Assembly (NCBI GenBank): GCA_964605975.1
Contig: CAZSER010000002.1
Coordinates: 1-43,059 of the forward strand
Reading direction: 5' to 3'
DNA: 43,059 nucleotides
From: an uncultured Gammaproteobacteria bacterium
Lineage (GTDB): Bacteria > Patescibacteriota > Patescibacteriia > UBA11705 > JABHMO01
The notes under the pieces were generated by a model. It made no database searches. It had not been told where the DNA came from and saw nothing but the letters and a program-made list of their open reading frames with translations. Position numbers and translations under genes: made by a program. Of this stretch, positions 36,566-43,059 are shown one piece after another; within the stretch, counting starts at the first letter, position 1, and every line of letters begins with the position of its first letter.

Positions 36566-36733
36566 ATGTCTTCAGTCTGTCAAAATTGTGGTCGTGGTCC
36601 AAAGATTGCTATTTCTAGAAGCCACTCTAATATTGCTACTAAGCGCTGGCAACTGCCAAACATTCAAACCAAAAGAATAGACGGCAAAAAAACTAATCTT
36701 TGTACTCGTTGTATTAAAACAATCAACAAATAA
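36566..36733 (+). CDS. rpmB: 50S ribosomal protein L28 (55 aa, below the ORF-track cutoff)
   Basis: Hand translation gives MSSVCQNCGRGPKIAISRSHSNIATKRWQLPNIQTKRIDGKKTNLCTRCIKTINK. The L28 pattern is C..CG...........SHSN..TKR...PN.Q........... .C..C.K. Confidence 0.8.
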   Translation: MSSVCQNCGRGPKIAISRSHSNIATKRWQLPNIQTKRIDGKKTNLCTRCIKTINK

Positions 36734-36739
36734 AAAATT

Positions 36740-36759
36740 CCGCTTCGGCGGTTTTTTTT
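36740..36759 (+). terminator. Rho-independent terminator after rpmB
   Basis: ccgc-ttcg-gcgg tetraloop hairpin followed by T8. Confidence 0.6.
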
Positions 36760-36760
36760 A

Positions 36761-36789
36761 TTGACTTTATTTCATCCTTGCAATATAAT
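36761..36789 (+). promoter_or_regulatory. Sigma70-type promoter of the MarR/export operon
   Basis: TTGACT (36761-36766), 17-nt spacer, TATAAT (36784-36789), 31 nt upstream of the MarR ATG. Confidence 0.6.
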
Positions 36790-36820
36790 TAGAATATCAA
36801 ACTATTAGAAAAAAGAACTA

Positions 36821-37240
36821 ATGAAGAAAAATATCTCTATTTTAATCTCCCAAGTTTTTCAATTAAAAAGGAAAATGATTGAAGCTATTAAAAAGGAACT
36901 AACAATTTCTACCGAAGAAATTATTGATTTGGAAATTTTAAAATTTGTTCATCAAAACAAACTCCCCCAAATGAGTGACCTAGCAAAACATTTATGCATT
37001 ACCCGACCATCCGCAACTTCTTTGATTAATCGATTGGTAAAAAAACAGTTTTTAATCCGACATACAAATGAAAATGACCGTCGTTATATCCACTTGCACC
37101 TAAGCAAAAAAGGAGAGGAATGTCTATTTGATTATGAAAAAAGAATTCAGAAATTCTTTTTCCACGCTTTATCCGAATTAGATGAAAAAGACATTCAAGA
37201 TTTAATTAGAATTCATCAAAAAATCAATTCAAAAATTTAA
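36821..37240 (+). CDS. MarR-family winged-helix transcriptional regulator
   Basis: 139 aa; MSDLAKHLCITRPSATSLINRLVKKQFLIRHTNENDRRYIHLHLSKKGEE (wHTH + wing). Confidence 0.85.
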   Translation: MKKNISILISQVFQLKRKMIEAIKKELTISTEEIIDLEILKFVHQNKLPQMSDLAKHLCITRPSATSLINRLVKKQFLIRHTNENDRRYIHLHLSKKGEECLFDYEKRIQKFFFHALSELDEKDIQDLIRIHQKINSKI

Positions 37241-37249
37241 AAAATATTT

Positions 37250-38995
37250 ATGACAATTACATTACTAAAAAACAAATGGTTCTATATATCTTTAACTGGG
37301 ATAACACTTATTATTTTTTTAATTCTTTGGGGACTTCGTCCAGAAAAACCAATTTATGAAACAGCGACTGTTTTGCGAGGATATATTATTCAAGAAGTAA
37401 GTCTTACCGGCTCAGTAAAACCGGCCAGTGATGTTTCTTTGGCTTTTGAAAAAGGAGGGAAAATAGTTCGTTTACCTCAAAAAGTTGGAGACCGAGTTGT
37501 TAGTGGACAATTGGTAGCAGAAATAAGTAATCTGGATCTAGTCGCCCAACTAAGACAGTCTCAAGCTACTTATCAAAATTCCCTTGCTCAATTAAGACAG
37601 TATGAGGCGTCAAGAGATAGCCAAAAAGCAAAACTGGATGAATATCTTGCCGGGTCACGACCGGAACAAATTACCATTGCCAAAAATAATGTTTTTAATG
37701 CCGAGAAAACATTAGCTGACACCGAATTAAATTTACAAAATATTACAAATAAAACTGAAAAAGATTTAAGTCAAATTTATAACAATACTCTCAACACAAT
37801 TGCCTATTCCGTCACTATTGCAGAAAACTCTTTGTATGCTCTTACTGATATTATGGATAATGTTAGCTTTACTTCCGATAAAACAATTATCGCTGAAAAA
37901 AAGGCCAATGCTGTTTTGTCACTACTTGGGGCAGTTAATGGTGGATATTTTAATAAGTCCACGCTCTCTTCTTTAAACGGTGGAGCGAAAGGAGATGTTT
38001 TAAAAGCACAACAAGAACCAACAAATGAAAACATCTCTACTGCGCTGAATTCCGTTAAAAATGCTTTATATGTTTTAAAAAATAGTTTTGGCGGTGTTCC
38101 CCTTTCCGTAGATATGAGTGCAACAGATATCGCCACTATTAATACTCAAAAAGGGTACATTGATACCGAGATAAGCTCCGTGATCGCCAAAGAACAATCA
38201 ATTTTTGTTCAACTTTCAACCAACCAAAACTCCATTGATACGGCTAAGGCTTCTCTAACAACAGCCGAAAACTCTTTGCAATCCGCAAAAGATCAACTTA
38301 ATTTAACTTTGGCCGGCTACACTCCACAACAGATTTCCAGTCAAGAATCATTATTAAAACAAGCCCAAGCCTCAGTTGATGCGCAAAAAGCAATGGTGCG
38401 AGGTGCTGAAGCGGGAATTTTAAATATTCAAGCCCAAATAGAAAAAACTATTTTAAAAACACCAATCGATGGAATTATTACCCTAGTTGATGCCAAAGTT
38501 GGAGAAATAATCAGTCCAAACAAAGCAGTCGTAAAAGTGATCTCCGAATCAAAATATCAAATAGAGGCAAATGTTCCGGAAGTTGACATTGCGAACATAA
38601 AATTAGATGATTTTGCCACCATAACACTGGATGCTTACTCCTCCGAAATAAAGTTCGAAGCGAAAGTAATCAAAATTGATCCTGCAGAAACTTTGATAGA
38701 CAATGTCCCTACTTATAAAATAACCTTAGAATTTAATGAAGAAGACGAACTTATAAAATCGGGAATGACTGCTGATATTGACATTTTAACCAATGAAATG
38801 AAAAATGTTTTATATATTCCACAACGAGCAATCTTAAAAAAAGATAACAAAAAAATAGTTCGAGTTCTAAAAAATAACGAAATGATAGAAGAAAAAACTG
38901 TTGAAACGGGACTAAAAAACAGTAGCGGACAAATTGAAATTAAAAATGGTTTAAGTGAAAATGAAATAATTATTGTTTCGACAAAAACAAAATAA
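37250..38995 (+). CDS. HlyD/MacA-type membrane-fusion (periplasmic adaptor) protein, unusually long helical region
   Basis: 581 aa. N-terminal TM, lipoyl-like halves (GGKIVRLPQKVGDRV...GQLVAEI and PIDGIITLVDAKVGEII), a long Q/A/L-rich coiled coil, and a C-terminal beta-barrel. Confidence 0.8.
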   Translation: MTITLLKNKWFYISLTGITLIIFLILWGLRPEKPIYETATVLRGYIIQEVSLTGSVKPASDVSLAFEKGGKIVRLPQKVGDRVVSGQLVAEISNLDLVAQLRQSQATYQNSLAQLRQYEASRDSQKAKLDEYLAGSRPEQITIAKNNVFNAEKTLADTELNLQNITNKTEKDLSQIYNNTLNTIAYSVTIAENSLYALTDIMDNVSFTSDKTIIAEKKANAVLSLLGAVNGGYFNKSTLSSLNGGAKGDVLKAQQEPTNENISTALNSVKNALYVLKNSFGGVPLSVDMSATDIATINTQKGYIDTEISSVIAKEQSIFVQLSTNQNSIDTAKASLTTAENSLQSAKDQLNLTLAGYTPQQISSQESLLKQAQASVDAQKAMVRGAEAGILNIQAQIEKTILKTPIDGIITLVDAKVGEIISPNKAVVKVISESKYQIEANVPEVDIANIKLDDFATITLDAYSSEIKFEAKVIKIDPAETLIDNVPTYKITLEFNEEDELIKSGMTADIDILTNEMKNVLYIPQRAILKKDNKKIVRVLKNNEMIEEKTVETGLKNSSGQIEIKNGLSENEIIIVSTKTK

Positions 38996-38999
38996 AAAT

Positions 39000-39728
39000 A
39001 TGTCAAAAATATTTATCAAAGCAGAACATCTGCAAAAAACTTACTTAACGGAAGAAGTTGAAACCACCGCCCTAAAAGAAGCCAGTTTCCAAATTAACCA
39101 AGGAGAATTTGTGGCTATTATGGGACCATCTGGTTCAGGAAAATCAACATTGATGCATATCATTGGCTTTCTCGACAAACCAACAACGGGTAAATATTTT
39201 TTTAAAGAATCAAACATCGAAAAACTTTCCGAAGATGAGATGTCCAAAGTCCGCAATGAAGAAATTGGCTTTGTTTTTCAGTCTTTTAATCTCTTACCCC
39301 GAACAACCGTTTTTGAAAACATTAGACTTCCTTTGGTTTATAGCAAAATATCTCCAAATAAACATCAGCCCAAAGTTCTCTCCGCCATTAAAGCAGTAGG
39401 TTTAGAACATCGGGTTAATCATTTTTCTAATCAACTTTCTGGTGGAGAAAAACAAAGAGTAGCAATTGCCAGAGCCTTGGTTAATGATCCTGATTTGATT
39501 TTGGCTGACGAACCAACAGGGAATTTAGATTCTAAATCAGGAGGACAAATAATGAAAATTTTACAAGAATTAAATGAACAAGGAAAAACAATTATTATGG
39601 TGACTCATGAAAAAGAAACGGCTGAACACGCTCGTCGAATTATTAATATCAAAGATGGTGAAATTATCCGTGATTATTCTGTTTCTGAAAGAAAAATTAT
39701 CAAAGCGGGTGATGAATTAAAAAAATAA
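39000..39728 (+). CDS. ABC transporter ATP-binding protein (MacB/LolD/YknY-type)
   Basis: GPSGSGKST (Walker A), [15 protein letters not shown] (signature), [12 protein letters not shown] (Walker B), VTHE (H-loop). ATG at 39000; the ORF track starts at a TTG at 38973 inside the upstream gene. Confidence 0.92.
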   Translation: MSKIFIKAEHLQKTYLTEEVETTALKEASFQINQGEFVAIMGPSGSGKSTLMHIIGFLDKPTTGKYFFKESNIEKLSEDEMSKVRNEEIGFVFQSFNLLPRTTVFENIRLPLVYSKISPNKHQPKVLSAIKAVGLEHRVNHFSNQLSGGEKQRVAIARALVNDPDLILADEPTGNLDSKSGGQIMKILQELNEQGKTIIMVTHEKETAEHARRIINIKDGEIIRDYSVSERKIIKAGDELKK

Positions 39729-39935
39729 GGAGCAAAAGAACAAGAAAAAAAAGAACAAAGGAACAATTGAACAACCCAATTTGACATTCCGACTGTAATG
39801 GAGAAATCTCAAATTGGAAAATATAAACTGCAAACACGAGATCTCTCCATGCGCTTTGCTTAGTCGAGATGACAAAGCAGAAAAAGAAAAAAACAAAAAA
39901 AGATTTACTTTTTATTTTTTAACTTTAAATAGAAA

Positions 39936-41171
39936 ATGCTTTTAAGAACAACCATAAAAATGTCTTTACAAAATTTACGCAAACAAAAAATGCGTACTTT
40001 TTTGACCATGTTGGGAATAATTATCGGCATTTCTTCGGTAATTTTGATTTCCAGTGTTATTGCCGGGGCGGAAAGCTTAATTACCAACCAACTACAAGGA
40101 ATTGGTACCAATTTAATTGGTGTTTTGCCTGGCGGAACGGGCGAAGATGGTCCGCCGGCGGCCGTTTTTGGTATTGTTATTACTACTTTGAAAGATGATG
40201 ATACTGAAGCTCTAAAAGACAGAATACCCCAAATTGTGGCGACATCTTCTTATGTCAGTAAAACCGAAGTGATAAATTATGAAAATCAAAAAACAACCGC
40301 CAGTATTTATGGTGTTTCTGCCGACTATCCCAAACTTTCGGAAACAGATACTTTGTTAGGTAATTTTTTTACAGAAGACGATAAAAAATCCCAAAATAAT
40401 GTTATTGTCCTGGGGCACGAAATTTGGAAAGATCTCTTTGACGGAAATAATCCAATTGGACAAAAAATCCAAATTGGCCAAACTCGTTTTACAGTTATTG
40501 GTGTAATGAAAGAACAAGGATCTGTTGGTTTTCAGAATACGGATCGTATGGTCTTTATGCCTGTGACAACTGCCCAAAAAAGAGTTCTCGGAATCGATTA
40601 CTTAGGCTACATGCGCTTAAAGGTTGATAAAAAAGAAAATATTGCTATCGCGCTAGAACAAGTTAATCAAATTTTACGAGAAAGACATAATATTGATGAT
40701 CCCGCAAAAGATGATTTTACGGCCAGAGATTCCGGTGATGCGGCTGAAACTTTGGGAACGGTTACGAATGCCTTACAGTTTTTTTTAATTGCGGTCGTTT
40801 CAATCTCTCTTCTAGTTGGAGGTATTGGAATTATGAATATCATGTTAGCAGCCGTCATTGAAAGAATTCGAGAAATCGGTTTACGCAAAGCAGTTGGAGC
40901 AACCAAAAAACAGATTGTTTGGCAGTTTCTGATTGAAACTTTAATTATTGCTTTTTTGGGAGCAATTATCGGATTGTTGTTGGGAATATTCTTGTCATTT
41001 CTCGTTTCCATTATTATTAATAAACTGGGATATGATTGGAATTTCGTAATTACCAATATTTCTTTAATTATTTCTATATTTTTTACTTTGGCAATTGGTG
41101 TCATCTTTGGACTGTATCCAGCCCAAAAAGCTTCTAAATTAAATCCCATTGAATCTTTACGCTACGAATAA
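39936..41171 (+). CDS. ABC transporter permease, FtsX/MacB type (4 TM with large extracytoplasmic domain)
   Basis: 411 aa. N-terminal LRKQKMRTFLTMLGIIIGISSVI, an extracytoplasmic domain of about 230 aa, and C-terminal GGIGIMNIMLAAVIERIREIGLRKAVGATKKQI...NPIESLRYE. Confidence 0.9.
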   Translation: MLLRTTIKMSLQNLRKQKMRTFLTMLGIIIGISSVILISSVIAGAESLITNQLQGIGTNLIGVLPGGTGEDGPPAAVFGIVITTLKDDDTEALKDRIPQIVATSSYVSKTEVINYENQKTTASIYGVSADYPKLSETDTLLGNFFTEDDKKSQNNVIVLGHEIWKDLFDGNNPIGQKIQIGQTRFTVIGVMKEQGSVGFQNTDRMVFMPVTTAQKRVLGIDYLGYMRLKVDKKENIAIALEQVNQILRERHNIDDPAKDDFTARDSGDAAETLGTVTNALQFFLIAVVSISLLVGGIGIMNIMLAAVIERIREIGLRKAVGATKKQIVWQFLIETLIIAFLGAIIGLLLGIFLSFLVSIIINKLGYDWNFVITNISLIISIFFTLAIGVIFGLYPAQKASKLNPIESLRYE

Positions 41172-41200
41172 AAAAGAGTTCAACCTATAAATCCTTAATT

Positions 41201-42445
41201 ATGTTAAAAAATTCAATACAAATTGCCATTGATTCTCTCCGCCGAAACCTGGGTAGAACTTTTTTAACTATTATGGGCATAGTCATTGGAATTATGGCCG
41301 TTATTGTTGTTCTTTCCGCCGGACAAGCGATTAAAGGATTGATTTTGCAAGAAGTCGAATCTTTTGGTTCTAACTATATTCAAATTGAACCAAAAACTCC
41401 CCAAGTTTCACAAAGCTCCTCAGAAAATTCATTTAGTATGGTTGGTGGATCAATTATAACTACCTTAAAAGAAAGTGATGCTGAAGCAATAACAAAACTA
41501 AATAATATTAGTGATTTTTATGCTGGAGTATTAGGACAAAAAGTTATTAGTTATGAAAGTGAACTAAAAAAAAGTTTTTTATTTGGCGTTAATGCTTCTT
41601 TTATCGACATCGATAGCGCAGAAATTGAATTTGGACGATTCTTTGATGAGGAAGAAAATTATTCTTTATCGAAAGTTGTTGTTCTTGGATCAAAATTAAA
41701 AAATACTCTTTTTGGCGATAATGAACCGATTGGCGAAACAATTCAAATCGGAAATGATAGTTATCAAGTTATTGGTGTACTGAAAGAAAAAGGTGCCACC
41801 TTCATGTTAGACATGGATAATATGGTTTTCTTGCCACTGAGAACTTTACAAAAAAGAATTTTAGGAATAGATTATGTCAGTTTTATTTTTACTCAAGTAA
41901 AAGATAACTCCATATCAGTAAGTACGGCTGAAGATATTGTTGAAATTTTGCGCCAAAGACACAAAATCAATGATCCGAACAAAGATGATTTCGCCGTAAC
42001 TACCATGGAACAAGCTATGAGTTTAGTTGGAGTTATCGTTAGTGGAATTCAAATTTTATTAATTGCGCTAGGCTCAATTTCTTTAATTGTTGGCGGAGTG
42101 GGGATTATGAATATCATGTATGTCTCGGTGACAGAAAGAACTTTTGAAATCGGTTTACGAAAATCATTGGGGGCCACACCAAAAGAAATTTTAGTTCAAT
42201 TTCTTTTTGAATCCGTTATTTTAACTATAGCTGGAGGTATAATTGGTATCTTACTTGGTCTTTTATTTTCATTATTCATTTCTATCATTGCCACAAAACA
42301 AGGCTTTGATTGGCAGTTTACCATTTCCTCTACCGGTTTAATTTCATCCTTGCTTATGTCTTCAATTATTGGTTTAGTTTTTGGGCTTTATCCAGCGAGA
42401 AAAGCGGCAAAACTAAACCCCATCGAAGCACTTAGAAAAGAATAA
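41201..42445 (+). CDS. ABC transporter permease, FtsX/MacB type (paralogue of the preceding gene)
   Basis: 414 aa with the same architecture; GGVGIMNIMYVSVTERTFEIGLRKSLGATPKEI...NPIEALRKE. Confidence 0.9.
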   Translation: MLKNSIQIAIDSLRRNLGRTFLTIMGIVIGIMAVIVVLSAGQAIKGLILQEVESFGSNYIQIEPKTPQVSQSSSENSFSMVGGSIITTLKESDAEAITKLNNISDFYAGVLGQKVISYESELKKSFLFGVNASFIDIDSAEIEFGRFFDEEENYSLSKVVVLGSKLKNTLFGDNEPIGETIQIGNDSYQVIGVLKEKGATFMLDMDNMVFLPLRTLQKRILGIDYVSFIFTQVKDNSISVSTAEDIVEILRQRHKINDPNKDDFAVTTMEQAMSLVGVIVSGIQILLIALGSISLIVGGVGIMNIMYVSVTERTFEIGLRKSLGATPKEILVQFLFESVILTIAGGIIGILLGLLFSLFISIIATKQGFDWQFTISSTGLISSLLMSSIIGLVFGLYPARKAAKLNPIEALRKE

Positions 42446-42489
42446 CAAACAAAAATAAAACCTTAAAATCTTTTTTATATTATAATACC

Positions 42490-42518
42490 TTGAAATTATT
42501 TTCTTTTTTTGTTATTCT
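42490..42518 (+). promoter_or_regulatory. Possible promoter for the tRNA-Leu/Pro pair
   Basis: TTGAAA (42490-42495), 17-nt spacer, TATTCT (42513-42518), about 20 nt before the tRNA-Leu 5' end. Confidence 0.35.
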
Positions 42519-42538
42519 AAACTTATTCTTTATGCTAG

Positions 42539-42623
42539 GGGATCGTGGTGAAATTGGTAGACACGTATGCTTCAGGAGCATATGGGGAAACCCATGGGAG
42601 TTCGAGTCTCCCCGCTCCCACCA
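42539..42623 (+). tRNA. tRNA-Leu, anticodon CAG (type II, long variable arm)
   Basis: Acceptor gggatcg/cgctccc (one U.C mismatch at 5:68), 3-bp D stem gtg/cac, anticodon stem tatgc/gcata with loop ttCAGga, variable arm tggggaaacccat, T arm gggag-ttcgagt-ctccc, encoded CCA. Confidence 0.85.
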
Positions 42624-42633
42624 ATTTTATTTC

Positions 42634-42711
42634 CGGGGTATAGCTCAGTTGGTCTAGAGTGCTGGGCTGGGGGTCCAGAGATCGTGAGTTCAAATCTCAC
42701 TACCCCGACCA
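42634..42711 (+). tRNA. tRNA-Pro, anticodon GGG
   Basis: Acceptor cggggta/taccccg, anticodon stem ctggg/tccag with loop ctGGGgg (G37), T arm gtgag-ttcaaat-ctcac, encoded CCA. Confidence 0.88.
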
Positions 42712-42741
42712 AAAAAATCCGAATTTATTTCGGATTTTTTT
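42712..42741 (+). terminator. Rho-independent terminator after tRNA-Pro
   Basis: tccgaa-tttat-ttcgga hairpin (42718-42734) flanked by an A-run and T7. Confidence 0.6.
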
Positions 42742-42824
42742 ATTTTTTTTAAAAAAATTTTTATTACTTCTTTAAACAAACTATCTATAAAATCAAGCTT
42801 TCTTTTACTCCCAAAAAATTTATT

Positions 42825-43059
42825 TCATAACAAACCCAAAAAATCCAAACCTAAATACGCAACTTCCAAATCAGTTAATCTTCCAGTCCTTAAATGATCT
42901 CTAAATTTATTCATCGGCATGAGCACAACCTCGGTAAATTCTTCTTTATCATTCTGTGGCTCTGAAATTTTTTTACAGTTTGTAGCCACAAAACAATAAC
43001 GATCCATCGTATTATAAGCACAATCTAAACATCTGCCAACAAACTGAAAATCCCCCGAA
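42825..43059 (-). CDS. Partial ORF (C-terminal part; N-terminus beyond the window), possibly Nudix-hydrolase-like
   Basis: The reading frame stays open from the listed Met to the window edge (...SGDFQFVGRCLDCAYNTMDRYCFVATNC...). The C-terminal pattern EEFTEVVLMPMNKFRDHLRTGRLTDLEVAYLGLDFL resembles ADP-ribose pyrophosphatase tails. No Nudix box is visible in the window. Confidence 0.35.
   Translation of the reverse strand, partial: SGDFQFVGRCLDCAYNTMDRYCFVATNCKKISEPQNDKEEFTEVVLMPMNKFRDHLRTGRLTDLEVAYLGLDFLGLL

Noticed and set aside
39799-39864. 21-codon ORF (MEKSQIGKYKLQTRDLSMRFA) in the ABC-operon spacer.
   Set aside because: There is no SD and it is very short. The region is better described by its inverted repeats.
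42567-42752. 61-aa ORF (MLQEHMGKPMGVRVSPLPP…).
   Set aside because: It is made up of the tRNA-Leu and tRNA-Pro genes read as protein, so it is an artefact.
1-43059. CRISPR arrays, IS elements or transposases, prophage genes, rRNA genes, and UGA-recoded (code 4/25) genes.
   Set aside because: By eye I found no regularly spaced direct repeats, no transposase or integrase motifs, and no rRNA-like GC-rich non-coding blocks. All conserved genes are full-length under the standard code.

Overview
AT-rich, very gene-dense window (about 60 genes, mostly on the minus strand) that looks like the housekeeping core of a small-genome bacterium. A Candidate Phyla Radiation/Patescibacteria-like origin is suggested by the missing L30 gene, r-proteins with charged tails and compact operons; this is inference only. 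The standard genetic code fits, since all long conserved ORFs are intact.

Content from left to right:
- A DAGK-family lipid kinase, a bactofilin, argS, a small hypothetical gene and tyrS.
- A terminator-insulated two-gene operon: an HExxH + von Willebrand A (MIDAS) protein (751 aa) and a giant AAA_5/MoxR-like ATPase (897 aa).
- valS carrying an in-frame histidine-phosphatase (PGAM-like) domain of about 190 aa.
- A degenerate DHH/NrnA-like protein, then tRNA-Ile(UAU), tRNA-Val(GAC) and tRNA-Ala(GGC).
- A compositionally foreign, GC-rich orphan ORF (356 aa) and a Cys-rich lipoprotein.
- recO, ruvX, map and adk, followed by secY and a complete fused spc/S10/str ribosomal cluster: rplO back to rplC, then rpsJ, tuf, an orphan ORF, fusA, rpsG, rpsL.
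- An M50 site-2-protease-like protein and an rpmB gene missing from the ORF track.
- A MarR / HlyD-adaptor / ABC ATPase / two FtsX-MacB permease export operon, tRNA-Leu(CAG), tRNA-Pro(GGG) and a partial Nudix-like ORF.

I found no CRISPR array, transposase, integrase or rRNA.

The best candidates for something new are the HExxH-vWA + split-P-loop AAA+ pair, the phosphatase domain embedded in ValRS, and the GC-rich orphan gene next to the tRNA cluster. All family assignments come from motif recognition by eye; no database search was run.
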